From contig OZ242214.1 in the NCBI GenBank assembly GCA_965206595.1, positions 2,528,001-2,592,000 on the forward strand: a stretch of 64,000 nucleotides of DNA, in the 5' to 3' direction. A model generated the notes under the pieces. That model was not told the origin of the DNA. It was given only the letters and a program-made list of their open reading frames with translations, and did not search any database. This DNA is from Candidatus Latescibacterota bacterium. Lineage in GTDB: Bacteria > Latescibacterota > UBA2968 > UBA8231. Of the stretch, positions 40,351-51,430 are shown one piece after another. The position numbers were made by a program, and so were the translations under genes. Position 1 is the first letter of the stretch. Each line of letters starts with the position of its first letter.

Positions 40351-42093
40351 TCACCCCGGCTCTTCCGCCGGCGCGGCGCTCACCGCGACCCGCGCCACCG
40401 CGTCGAGCTTCTCGACGATCTCGGGGGCGATCTCGCTCCTCGGGACGTGCTCTGCCAGCTCGTAGAAGTTCTTCTTCGCCATCAGGTTCGGCAGGCCGAG
40501 CTTCTCGAAGTAGGCCTCGAAAAGCGGCACCAGGAAATCGTCGCTGGCCTTGATGTCCGGGTCCCAGGGAGACCCCTTTCCGAGCGTCTTCAGGGCCGAT
40601 TCGATTTCCGCGATCGCCTCGTGCATAGCCTTCAGGCGCCTTTTCGCCTCGGCACCGGTGAACAGCGGACCCGGCACGGCTTCCTCGGCCGACGTCGCGG
40701 CGTACGCCTCGAGAGTTGCCGGCGAGCAGACGTAGCTCTCGATCTCCCGGCGCTTCCAGGTCAGGCACTCCACCGGGGAGAGGTCCGGTGGATCCGGTTC
40801 GAAACGGTCGAAGAGGGCGACCCCGCGCAGCTCGGGCAGGGCCTCCTTCAGGCCGTGAAAATGGTCCCGAACCGCCCTGGGCTGATTGCCCACATACTTC
40901 ACGAAGGGGCGCTCGAGAGCCCGGGCAGCGCCCTCGTGGCCCAGCCGCCTGGCGAAGGCCTGCAGAATCGAAAGGTCCGTCGAACCCTCGAGATAGAGCA
41001 CCCAGCCGGTCTGCTCTGCCTGGTAGTACTGTTCGAACCCGATTTCCCTGAGCGCCTTCTGCACCTGGCTGCCGCGGTCGTCGATGCGATGCGGCTTGCC
41101 GACGAAGGCCACCACCAGATCCCGGCCTGCCGCCTCGTTGAGCAGCACCTCGGAGTGGCTGGCGGCGATGATCTGACTCCCGCTTTCGCCAGCCACCTCG
41201 GTGAGCAGGCGGTAGATCTGGCGCTGGCGGAGTATCTCCAGGTGCGCGTCCGGCTCGTCGAGCAGCAGCACGGCCCCCGGATTCGCGTACATGTACGCCA
41301 GGAGAAGCAAAGTCTGCTGCAGACCCCGACCCGCCGAGGACAGGTCGAGCTCGACGTCTTGCTCGCGGTAGGTCATTGCGATCTCCCCGCGCTCGGCAAT
41401 GTAGCGGGGAGGGCGAATCTCGGAACCGAACATGCTCTCGATCTGACCGACGAGCCTTTTCCACACAGCTTGGTTTTCGTCGTGGACCTGCAGGCAGAGA
41501 TTGCGCAGCACCTCCGCGGTGCGCCCCTCTCCGACCCGGACGTTGACCGCCCCTTCATCGAGACGCGTTTCCGTGGCCGCCAGCCCGGACATGGGCGGAA
41601 GGAAAGCGACCCGTACGGTTCCCGCTTCGACGGGGACCGGCATGCGATCAGGGGTCTTGCCCGCGGACAGACGGAGCGGCCGGCAGTAGAAGGACTCGTC
41701 GTTGGCGTAGTCGAACTCCAGCCCACAGGTCCAACACTGATCGTTGGTCACTCCTTCGACGACGATTTCGATGCAGATGTTGCTGGTGACCTGGCGGCCC
41801 TCGACTTTGCGAACGTTCCGCACGTGCAACCCCCGCCACAGGAGGTTGGCGTCGGGAACCGGGATGGCAACGAGGTCGCGGCGGTTGACCGTGACCCCGG
41901 GGCGTTTCTCCGGTGCGCTCTTTCCCGACCGCTTCTCGTTCCAGCGCCTGAGGCCGATGTCCCAGAGGGCCAGCGCCTGCATCGCGGAAGTCTTCCCGGA
42001 GTTGTTGGGGCCGATGAAGACCACCGGGCTCCCGAGCTCGATCTCGACCTCGTCGAAGCGTTTGAAGTTGCGGATGGTGAGCCTGGTCAGCAT
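40351..42093 (-). CDS. ABC-type ATPase fused to TOPRIM-like domain (OLD-like)
   Basis: IRNFKRF, GPNNSGKT, SAGRG, LLLDEPDAHL, ASHS; LYLEGSTD...LFDR...REIESY. Confidence 0.8.
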   Translation of the reverse strand: MLTRLTIRNFKRFDEVEIELGSPVVFIGPNNSGKTSAMQALALWDIGLRRWNEKRSGKSAPEKRPGVTVNRRDLVAIPVPDANLLWRGLHVRNVRKVEGRQVTSNICIEIVVEGVTNDQCWTCGLEFDYANDESFYCRPLRLSAGKTPDRMPVPVEAGTVRVAFLPPMSGLAATETRLDEGAVNVRVGEGRTAEVLRNLCLQVHDENQAVWKRLVGQIESMFGSEIRPPRYIAERGEIAMTYREQDVELDLSSAGRGLQQTLLLLAYMYANPGAVLLLDEPDAHLEILRQRQIYRLLTEVAGESGSQIIAASHSEVLLNEAAGRDLVVAFVGKPHRIDDRGSQVQKALREIGFEQYYQAEQTGWVLYLEGSTDLSILQAFARRLGHEGAARALERPFVKYVGNQPRAVRDHFHGLKEALPELRGVALFDRFEPDPPDLSPVECLTWKRREIESYVCSPATLEAYAATSAEEAVPGPLFTGAEAKRRLKAMHEAIAEIESALKTLGKGSPWDPDIKASDDFLVPLFEAYFEKLGLPNLMAKKNFYELAEHVPRSEIAPEIVEKLDAVARVAVSAAPAEEPG

Positions 42094-42280
42094 CAGTGGG
42101 AATCCGGTTCGATCAGCTTCTGGAGGCCATCACGCTCGTCAGGGTTCGGGTCCGCCTGTCTGCAACCCCTTGATGCCGGACACGCGCATTCGTATCCGGC
42201 AGATATCGAAGTGGCCTTGGAGGAATACCTTCTGTCCGACCCGCGATGAGAGTGGATTTTCAGCCATTTTGCCAATCCTC

Positions 42281-42668
42281 TTACCAGATGCGGTTGACGC
42301 CATACCGGTCAAAGAGCGTCTCGACCGACACGAGGGGGAGGTCGAATGCCAGGGTTTGCGCGATCAACATGCGGTCGAAGGGGTCGCGATGCGGTCCCGG
42401 CAACCGGCCGGCACGTTCGCCGTTGTGGACGGTAATCGGCAACTCCTGGAACCCCCTGGCTCGCGATGCAGCCGGCAACGTCGTGCGCCACCGCCTCGGC
42501 CCCCGCGAGCTTTCCAAGTCGATGCGTGGTAGCGATCTCCCATGCGGAAGCGGCGCTGATGAGGATATCGTTCTCCGGGCGGGCGATTGCGGCGTGGGCG
42601 GCCATGGACAAACGCTTGTTCCCGGTCAGCCATCACTAGAAGGCATGCGTGTCGAGCAGGATGCGCAC
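42281..42668 (-). pseudogene. VapC PIN toxin pseudogene
   Basis: VRILLDTHAF**WL (tandem stops) and a frameshift in G5 at 42452-42456; HRDPFDRMLIAQ. Confidence 0.85.
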
Positions 42669-42673
42669 GGGAC

Positions 42674-42907
42674 TCACGACTCCCAGGCGGCCAACTCGGC
42701 CTTCGGGAGCGGGTCGAAGAAACTGTCGTCGACCACAAACTGGCCCTTCATGGCGCCGAACCGCCGGATGCCCGGACGATCTTCGTAGCGGACGAGCCGA
42801 GCAACCGGTATACCGTTGCGGACAATCACGACCTCCTCACCGGCCTCTGCCCCCGCCAGGAGGCGGGAGAGCTGGATTTTGGCTTCATGGACATTGACAA
42901 CTGACAT
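42674..42907 (-). CDS. Phd/YefM antitoxin
   Basis: VNVHEAKIQLSRLL...GEEVVIVRNGIPVARLV. Confidence 0.9.
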   Translation of the reverse strand: MSVVNVHEAKIQLSRLLAGAEAGEEVVIVRNGIPVARLVRYEDRPGIRRFGAMKGQFVVDDSFFDPLPKAELAAWES

Positions 42908-42938
42908 CGTTGGACTCCTCTCGCAACAGCTTCAATCT

Positions 42939-42954
42939 CGACTTAGCTAAGTCG
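42939..42954. promoter_or_regulatory. Palindromic operator upstream of phd
   Basis: Perfect 16-bp palindrome CGACTTAGCTAAGTCG. Confidence 0.6.
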
Positions 42955-42974
42955 TATAGCCAAGTCGGTTCAGG

Positions 42975-43403
42975 TCAAATCCCGGGAGATAATCCCCCAC
43001 TCAGGAAATCGACCGGACTCAAAATCGGAATGTTGTGAAATGGCGACAGTACCTGCAGGTCCTGATCGCCGGTGACAACACATTCAGCCTCTCCCATGAG
43101 CGCCGTTTCGAGAAACTTGTCGTCTTCCGGATCGCGACATCCCAGTCTTGCTCCCACGATCGACACCCATTCCGAAACGGGCTCGAGCAGGGCCAGAAAT
43201 ACCGACCGGTCTTCACGGCGTACATAGTTGGCGAACTTGGAATGACCGAGCCGGGTCTCCAGCTCGTCGAAGGTCTCGTCGGAGAATAGAAGAACCCCGT
43301 TCGGCGCTCGTATTGCATCCACGACCGCCCGCGGCGACCCATCGGGTTTCAGTGCAGCGCTGATCAGAACGTTCGTATCCAGAACGACCCGATCAGCTTT
43401 CAT
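42975..43403 (-). CDS. PIN-family putative toxin
   Basis: VVLDTNVLISA...CRDPEDDKFLE...VTGDQDL. Confidence 0.9.
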   Translation of the reverse strand: MKADRVVLDTNVLISAALKPDGSPRAVVDAIRAPNGVLLFSDETFDELETRLGHSKFANYVRREDRSVFLALLEPVSEWVSIVGARLGCRDPEDDKFLETALMGEAECVVTGDQDLQVLSPFHNIPILSPVDFLSGGLSPGI

Positions 43404-43644
43404 CGGCCAGGAGTTCTTCCAGGCGCTCGGCGGTCAAACCGCTGGCCGCGGCCTCGGCTCCCAGACGGTCCATGGTCTCGGTCAGGCGAGCCCATGCCGC
43501 GCCCCGCAGCCGTTCGTACTGTTCCATCGACATCACGACGCCGACGGGCCTGCCTTTCTTGGTAACGCAGACAGGAGCGCTTTGGGCGGCATCCAGCAAG
43601 CGGCCGAACTGGTTTTTTGCCTCTCTGGCAGCGATCTCTTTCAT
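43393..43644 (-). CDS. Phd/YefM antitoxin
   Basis: AREAKNQFGRLLD...VTKKGRPVGVV. Confidence 0.9.
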   Translation of the reverse strand: MKEIAAREAKNQFGRLLDAAQSAPVCVTKKGRPVGVVMSMEQYERLRGAAWARLTETMDRLGAEAAASGLTAERLEELLADES

Positions 43645-43650
43645 GGACCT

Positions 43651-43664
43651 ATAATAGCTATTAT
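43651..43664. promoter_or_regulatory. Palindromic operator/-10 region directly upstream of phd
   Basis: Perfect 14-bp palindrome ATAATAGCTATTAT, 6 bp from the ATG. Confidence 0.6.
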
Positions 43665-43848
43665 GGCCTTCTGCGGCACACTTCACCCAATTCAGTTGTA
43701 GCTTCTTCCAGCCATTAACTCAGGGACATTAACCAGTATATTCCCTTCCCGCCGAAAAGATTCCAGGCCATGGACTGTAAACCGATGCGCCCGCCATGGC
43801 CGGCGGATTTTCTCATTTCATTACCCAGTACCTGACGCCTGACCGGAA

Positions 43849-44757
<909 letters not shown>

Positions 44758-44903
44758 TGCCGCGCTCTGCGGGCGGAAGGGCTCCGGGAACCTGGATCCG
44801 GGCCCGGTGGTTTCCAAACCGGTGGGAGAAACAAGGCGGCACCTACTGCGCGGCACCTACTGCGCGGCTTATATTCTCAGGCGCGCAAACCGGACAACTG
44901 CTG

Positions 44904-46580
44904 ATGACTTCATTTAACAACGGCCACCTCATCGACGCCTGGCGCGGGCAGCCTGCCCCCCTGCTGCCGGTGCTGCACGCCTTCCACGACCGCGATCAGT
45001 TCCTCAGCGATGCCGCCATCGAGGAGGTGGCCGGGGGCCTGAAAATCCCCCTCGCCGAGCTCTTCGGCACGGTGACCTTCTACCATCACTTCGCCCGCAA
45101 CCGCCCCGGGCAGGCCGCCCCCCGGGTCTGCAGCGGCCCGGTCTGCTGTCTGCGCGGCGCCGGCGATCTGGTCGAATCCCTCGAGGGCGCCACCCCCATG
45201 CCCTGCTCCGGGCGCTGCGACGAGCCGATCCCGGTGCTCGTCGGCCACCAGACCCTGGTGGGGTCCCCGGACGGGACCCTGCGGGAGCTCCCTTCCCCGC
45301 TGCCCGCCCCCAATCCGGGGGGCTGCGAGGAGTGCGTCTTCGCCGGCATCCGCCTTCCCGGCCGCGCCGGCATCGGGGGGTACCGCGGCAGCGGCGGGTA
45401 CGAAGCGCTCGAGCGCGCCCTCGGGGACATGCCGCCGGAGGAGCTGCTCGACCTGATCGCCGACAGCGGCCTGGCGGGACGGGGCGGAGCCGGGTTCCCG
45501 ACCGGGCAGAAGTGGCGGGCGGTCGCCGACGCCCCGGGGAGTCCGAAGACGGTGGTCTGCAACGCCGACGAGGGAGAGCCGGGCTGCTTCAAGGACCGCG
45601 CCCTGCTCGACTACGACCCCCATGCCGTGATCGAGGGGATGCTGCTGGCTGCCTACGCCTCCGGGGCGGAGCGGGGGTTCATCTACCTGCGCTACGAGTA
45701 CCCGGAGACCCAGGAGATTCTCGAGCGCGCCATCGCCGAGGCGGAGGCGGCCAACCTGCTCGGGACCGACATCCTCGGCAGCGGCTTCGAGTTCCGCCTC
45801 TACCTGAGGCGCGGGGCCGGGGCCTACATCTGCGGGGAGGAGGGGTCGCTGCTCAACAGCCTCGAGGGGCGCCACCCGTTCCCGCGCAACCGCCCCCCCT
45901 TTCCGGTCACGCACGGGTACGAGGACCTGCCGACCGTGGTCAACAACGTCGAGACCCTGGTTTCGGCTCCCCCGATCGTGCGCAACGGGGCCGCCTGGTA
46001 CCGGGGGCTCGGCCTCGGGGAGCACGCCGGCACCAAGCTGATCAGCCTCAGCGGCGACATCGAGCGCCCCGGCAACTACGAGGTTCCGCTCGGGCTGCCC
46101 CTGCAGACGCTGCTGAACGACTGGGCCGGCGGCGCCCCGGGCGGCAGGTCGATCCAGGCGGTGACCATGGCCGGCCTCTCCGGCGGCTTCCTCGCCGGCG
46201 ACGACCTCGACGTCACCCTCGACGAACCGGACATTCGCTCCCGCGGCTCCTTCCTCGGCGCCGGCGGCATCATGGTCTACGACGACAGCCGCGACATGGT
46301 CGAGGCCGCGCACGGGGCCATGGAGTTCTTCGCCGAAGAATCCTGCGGCAAGTGCTTCCCCTGCCGCATCGGCACGCAGCGGTTGACCGAGCGCCTCTCC
46401 GGGGCCCCGGGGTCGCCGCGAAAGCCGGCTGCCTGGCGCCGCGAGGTGGAGGACATGGGGGCGGCGATGGCGGCGACCAGCGCCTGCGGTCTCGGCACCG
46501 CGGCCCCCAACATCACCCGCAGCTTGATGAAATACTTTCCCGGAGAAGTGGACAGACACGTGCGCGCCGCGGGCGCGTGA
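44904..46580 (+). CDS. NuoE-NuoF-like fused diaphorase subunit of an NAD-linked formate dehydrogenase
   Basis: N-terminal 2Fe-2S Cys pairs; GRGGAGFP, NADEGEPG, YICGEE, ESCGKCFPCRIG. Confidence 0.9.
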   Translation: MTSFNNGHLIDAWRGQPAPLLPVLHAFHDRDQFLSDAAIEEVAGGLKIPLAELFGTVTFYHHFARNRPGQAAPRVCSGPVCCLRGAGDLVESLEGATPMPCSGRCDEPIPVLVGHQTLVGSPDGTLRELPSPLPAPNPGGCEECVFAGIRLPGRAGIGGYRGSGGYEALERALGDMPPEELLDLIADSGLAGRGGAGFPTGQKWRAVADAPGSPKTVVCNADEGEPGCFKDRALLDYDPHAVIEGMLLAAYASGAERGFIYLRYEYPETQEILERAIAEAEAANLLGTDILGSGFEFRLYLRRGAGAYICGEEGSLLNSLEGRHPFPRNRPPFPVTHGYEDLPTVVNNVETLVSAPPIVRNGAAWYRGLGLGEHAGTKLISLSGDIERPGNYEVPLGLPLQTLLNDWAGGAPGGRSIQAVTMAGLSGGFLAGDDLDVTLDEPDIRSRGSFLGAGGIMVYDDSRDMVEAAHGAMEFFAEESCGKCFPCRIGTQRLTERLSGAPGSPRKPAAWRREVEDMGAAMAATSACGLGTAAPNITRSLMKYFPGEVDRHVRAAGA

Positions 46581-46595
46581 ACAGGAGCACCCGAC

Positions 46596-49388
46596 ATGAC
46601 AACGACGACAGCACCTGAAGAGACCAGGGTCGCCGGAAACGGCGCCTTGCTGGAGAACGGCCGGCCTCCTGCCGGTCAGGCGATATCCATCGACGGCACC
46701 GAGGTCGCCTTCACCGAGGGGGAGACCATTTACGAGGCCGCCACCCGCTGCGGACACGACATCCCCACCCTCTGCTACGACCCGCGCCTGGAACCGTTCG
46801 GGGCCTGCCGGCTGTGCGTGGTGGAAGTCGAGGGAGCGCGCACCCCGGTCGCCTCCTGCACCACCAGGGCGGTGGCCGGGATGGCGGTGCGCACCGCCAG
46901 CGGCGAGGTCGAGAAGCACCGCAGAACCCTGCTGGAGATGGTCGCCTCGGAGAACCGCCAGATCGACGTAGACCCCCTCACCTCGTACGCCTCCCAGGAG
47001 CTGGCCCACCTCGTCGATCGCTACGACGCCCGCGGCGGCCGCTTCGCCGGGGCGAAGTCGGGAACGAGCAAGGAGGACGACAACCCCTTCCTGCTGCGCG
47101 ACTACGAGCAGTGCATCTCCTGCTACCGCTGCGTCCGCGTCTGCGCCGAGCAGGAAGGTGATCACGCCATCAGCGTCATGAACCGCGGCTTCCACACGCA
47201 GATCACCACCGAGTTCGACGGCCTGCTCAAGGGCTCCTCCTGCACCTTCTGCGGCCAGTGCGTTCAGACCTGCCCCACCGGGGCCCTCGGCGACAAGAAG
47301 GCCTTGCGCTCCGCGGAGCTGCCGGGCGAGATCGAGAAGACGCGCTCGGTCTGCCCGTACTGCGGGGTCGGCTGCTCGGTCGATCTGCTGACCAAGGAAG
47401 ACGCCCTCGTCGGCATCCACCCGGCCATGGACGGCCCGGCCAACGAGGGGGCGCTGTGCGTCAAGGGTCAGTTCGCCTTCGATTTCGTCCAGCACGGGGA
47501 CCGCCTCGCGCACCCGATGGTCCGCGGCGAGGACGGCGAGCTGCACGAGTCTACCTGGGACGAGGCCCTCGAGCGCGCCGCCGAAGGTTTCCGGCACGCC
47601 GTCGACCGCTACGGCGAGCACAGCGTCTACGGCATCGCCTCCGGGCGCGCGCCCTCGGAAGCGGCCTACACCATGCAGAAGTTCATCCGCGCGGGGTTCG
47701 GCACCAATCAGATAGACAACTGCAGCCGTGCCTGACACGCTCCTACGGTTGCCGGTCTGGCAGCCACGATAGGGCGCGGCGCCATGTCGAACCCGCTGGC
47801 CGACATGGCGAAACCCGACGTGATCTTCTGCATCGGGACCAACATGACCGAGTGCCACCCGGTGGCGGCGACGGGGATCAAGAAGGCCATCGCCCGGGGG
47901 GCCAAGCTCATCGTCGCCGACCCGCGGCGCATTCCGCTGGCCGACATGGCCGACCTCTACCTGCCGCTGCGCGTCGGCTCCGATGTCGCCCTGCTGGCGG
48001 GGATGGCCCACGTCATCGCCCGCGAGGGGCTCGTCGACGAGGAGTTCATCTCCCGGCGCACCAGCGACAGCGGGGCTTTCTTCGAGCACATCGGAGGCTT
48101 CACCCCGGAGTGGGCGGAGGGGATCTCCGGGGTGCCCGCGGCCGACATCGAGAAGGCGGCAATCTGGTACGGCGAGGTCGAGCGCGGCGCCATCTACTAC
48201 ACCCTCGGCATCACCGAGCACATCTGCGGCGTCGACAACGTGCGGTCGCTGTGCAACCTGGCGCTGATGACGGGCAACCTGGGCCGCGAGGGGACCGGCA
48301 TCAATCCGATGCGCGGCCAGAACAACATCCAGGGGGCCGGCGACAGCGGCGCCCTGCCCGACCACTACCCCGGCTTCCAGAAGGTCGGGGACCCGGCCAA
48401 CCGGGAGAAGTTCGGAAAGCTGTACGGGCGCGAGATCGACGGCGAGCGCGGCATCACCAAGGTGACGGCCCTCGACCGCTGCGGCGACGGCATCCACGCG
48501 ATGATCATCAACGGCGAGAACACCCTGATCTCCGACCCGGACCGCGCCCACTGCCAGCACGCCCTCGAAAGCCTCGACCACCTCGTCGTCATCGACATCT
48601 TCCTCACCGAGACCGCGGAACTCGCCGACGTCGTCTTCCCGGCGACCGCCTTCGCCGAGACCGACGGCGTCTGCGTCAACACCGAGCGCCGGGTGCAGCG
48701 GCTGCGCGCCGCGGTGCCGCCCCCGGGAGAGGCGAAACCCGACTGGTGGGTCGTCAGCCAGATCGCGCGGCGGATGGGGATTGCCGGCTTCGATTTCGCC
48801 AGCGCCCGCGACGTCTTCAACGAGCTCTGCAGCCTGTCGCCGATCTACGCCGGCCTCGACTGGGACCGCATCGAGCGCAGCGAGTACCAATGGCCGGTGC
48901 CGCACAGGAATCACCCGGGAACGCCGATCCTGCACGAGGAGGAGTTCCTCAACGGCCGCGGCATCTTCAGCCGGGTCGAGTACCGCGACCCGGCCGAGTC
49001 GGTCAGCGCCGAGTTCCCGGTCTGGCTGACAACAGGCCGCCGGCTGCCGGCCTACCACACCCACACCCAGACCGGCCGCGCCCTGGGAATCGACTACCTG
49101 CTGTCGGAGGAATCGCTGGAGGTGCACCCGGACGACGTCGCCGCCTGGGGGCTGACCGAGGGGGGCTGGTGCCGCCTGAGCAGCGCCAGGGGGGAAGTCG
49201 ACATCAAGGTGCGGGCGACGGACCGGTCGCCGCGGGGCACGGTGTTCGCGAGCTTCAGCTTCAGCGAGGTGCCGGTGAACGTGCTGACCGGATCCGGGTA
49301 CGACCCGGTGACCCACACCGCCGAGCTCAAGGTCTGCCCGGTGCGCGTCGAGCCGCTGCCGGGCCCCGGCGCCAGCACCGCCTCCTGA
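46596..49388 (+). CDS. fdhF: Formate dehydrogenase alpha subunit, selenocysteine at TGA 47733-47735
   Basis: NuoG-like Fe-S N-terminus, CPYCGVGC, DNCSRA-U-HAPTVAGL, RGQNNIQG; the two ORFs are in frame (930 aa in total). Confidence 0.93.
47736..47772 (+). promoter_or_regulatory. Bacterial SECIS element
   Basis: Stem-loop GGTTGCC-GGTCT-GGCAGCC (47747-47765) starting 11 nt after the TGA; resembles the E. coli fdhF SECIS. Confidence 0.85.
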
Positions 49389-49693
49389 GCGCCTGCCCGC
49401 CCGGCTTCCCGGGGAACGGGTTCCGCGGAAGCAGTCGCGCCCGATTCCCCTCAGTCCGGCTCCCCGGGGTAGCCAGGCGCCCAGTTTTGGAAAGGCGCCC
49501 AGCGGCTCCTCTCGACCTTCGAGCCGTGGCCGCCTCCTTGGCGGCGCCTCTGCATGGGCCGCGTTGCCCGGCCCGATTCGGCAAAACCTGGGCCGCCCTC
49601 AGCGCAGGACCGATTCGCACTGCCGGAATCCGGCACGGGCCAGCCTTTAGATTGACCTCCGCTCCGGTCCCCGGCTGACCTGCCGGCCGGGCC

Positions 49694-50563
49694 CTATCCC
49701 TTCCAGGTGTGCAGCGCCGCGCCCCACACCCTTTCGATCTCGCCGCGGGCGACGCAGGCATCCTTCCAGACGTCGGGGAAGCACTCCAGGGCGTACCCCG
49801 AGCCCTGCGGACCGAGCTCGACGACGCCGTACAGCTCCGTCCCGCTCTTTGCCCCCTTCAACCAGGACTCCAGCATGGGTCCCAGGAAATGGTCGCGCCA
49901 CAGGGCGAAGTCGCGGTCGATGCGGCCGCGGCCGTTGGTCACCGGGGTCTGGCAGTGGCTGCCGGTGAAGGGGCGGAAGTGGATCAGTTCCCCTGCCCTC
50001 AGCAGGTCCGGCCGGGCATTGGTCTTCGGCTCCCAGTAGTTGGGGGCCCGCACCTGCTTGATGATGGCCGGATGGGAGTGGTCGAAGTTGATGCGCAGCT
50101 TCTCCTTGTAGCGGCGCTGGTACGCGTCGGCGAGGGCGAAGGTCTTCTCCGGCGTCTCCGTGCAGGTGTCGCGGTGGACCTCGATGGCCGGCTGCAGCCC
50201 GAGCTTCCTGCCCGCATTCATCGCCGCTCTCGCCACAGGTACCGAGACCTCGAGCTCAGTGTCGTGATCGCAGAGCTGCACGTTGACGTGGTAGGCCCCG
50301 ACCTCGACGAACTCCTTGAGGGTCGGCTCGGCCTGCTCCACCTCGGCGATATCGACGCCGCCGACGTAGACCATGCCGTGTTTCTCGCACGCCTTCGCCA
50401 GGTCGGGATCGGCCGCGTGGCTGAAGCCCGCGAACCCGGCCTCCTTTGCCCGTCTGACCTTGGTCTCCATCGACCAGGGTCGTTTCGCCGACGGGTAGTT
50501 CTGCAGCGTCCAGTTGGCGGCGCACAGGTGCAGCTTCGGTTTTACGGCTACTTCTTTGGCCAT
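49694..50563 (-). CDS. Xylose isomerase-like TIM-barrel protein
   Basis: IEVHRDTCTE, NFDHSH, IHFRP, VELGP. Confidence 0.7.
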   Translation of the reverse strand: MAKEVAVKPKLHLCAANWTLQNYPSAKRPWSMETKVRRAKEAGFAGFSHAADPDLAKACEKHGMVYVGGVDIAEVEQAEPTLKEFVEVGAYHVNVQLCDHDTELEVSVPVARAAMNAGRKLGLQPAIEVHRDTCTETPEKTFALADAYQRRYKEKLRINFDHSHPAIIKQVRAPNYWEPKTNARPDLLRAGELIHFRPFTGSHCQTPVTNGRGRIDRDFALWRDHFLGPMLESWLKGAKSGTELYGVVELGPQGSGYALECFPDVWKDACVARGEIERVWGAALHTWKG

Positions 50564-50598
50564 GGCGATCTGCTCCCGTTGTCTCAGGTGATGGGTGC

Positions 50599-51429
50599 TC
50601 AGTGGGTAATCCGGCCGGCGCCGGAATAGATGTTGAAGCCGCGTCCGCGCAGGAACCCCAGCAGCGTCAGGCCGGCCTCGCGCGCCAGGTCGACCGCCAG
50701 GCTCGACGGCGCCGAGACCGCGGCGACCACGGCTATCCCCGCCATTCGCGCCTTCTGCACGATCTCGAAGCTGGTGCGGCCGCTCACCATCAGCAGCGAC
50801 TGCTTCGGGGGCAGGCGGTCGCGCAGGAGAAAGGACCCGACGAGCTTGTCGACGGCGTTGTGGCGCCCGACGTCCTCGCGCAGGGCAAGCAGCTCTCCCC
50901 GGCGGTCGAAGAGCCCGGCCGCGTGCAGCGAGCCGGTCTGATCGAACACCTTCTGCGCCTGCCTCAGCTTGGCGCTCAATCCGTACAGGGTTTCGGCGCC
51001 GATGCGGAAATTCGCCTCTGCCAAAGGGGGGGCTTGGGCTGCGATATGGTCGATGCTCGCCTTACCGCACACGCCGCAGCTCGAGGAGGCGTAGAAGTTG
51101 CGCTTGAGGCGGTCGAAGTCGAAACGGACCCCTTCGGCCAGCCTGACCTCGACGACGTTCTCGAGGTTGGGCGGCTCCGCATCCTTGCAGTAGGAGATCG
51201 CCCCCAGCTGTCCGGGTGCGTCGATCAGGCCTTCGGTCAGCAGGAATCCGGCGACCAGGTCGAAGTCGTCGAGGGGGGTGCGCATGATCACGGCGACCGC
51301 TTCCCCGTGCAGGCGGATTTCCAGCGGTTCCTCCACCGTGACCAGGTCGGGCCGCGCCGTATGCTCCCCCCCGCGGTAATCGACCACCTCGCGCTCGACG
51401 ACTCGAACCTGTGTGCGTTCCCGGGCCAT
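50599..51429 (-). CDS. fdhD: Formate dehydrogenase sulfurtransferase FdhD
   Basis: EEPLEI, SSCGVCG, EDVGRHNAVDK, SGRTSFE. Confidence 0.95.
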   Translation of the reverse strand: MARERTQVRVVEREVVDYRGGEHTARPDLVTVEEPLEIRLHGEAVAVIMRTPLDDFDLVAGFLLTEGLIDAPGQLGAISYCKDAEPPNLENVVEVRLAEGVRFDFDRLKRNFYASSSCGVCGKASIDHIAAQAPPLAEANFRIGAETLYGLSAKLRQAQKVFDQTGSLHAAGLFDRRGELLALREDVGRHNAVDKLVGSFLLRDRLPPKQSLLMVSGRTSFEIVQKARMAGIAVVAAVSAPSSLAVDLAREAGLTLLGFLRGRGFNIYSGAGRITH

Positions 51430-51430
51430 C

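Noticed and set aside
47733-47735. FDH as a pseudogene or two genes
   Set aside because: The TGA is at the catalytic position and has a SECIS, so it is selenocysteine.
44910-49316. 1468-aa minus-strand ORF
   Set aside because: Antisense shadow of the FDH genes in GC-rich DNA; no motifs.
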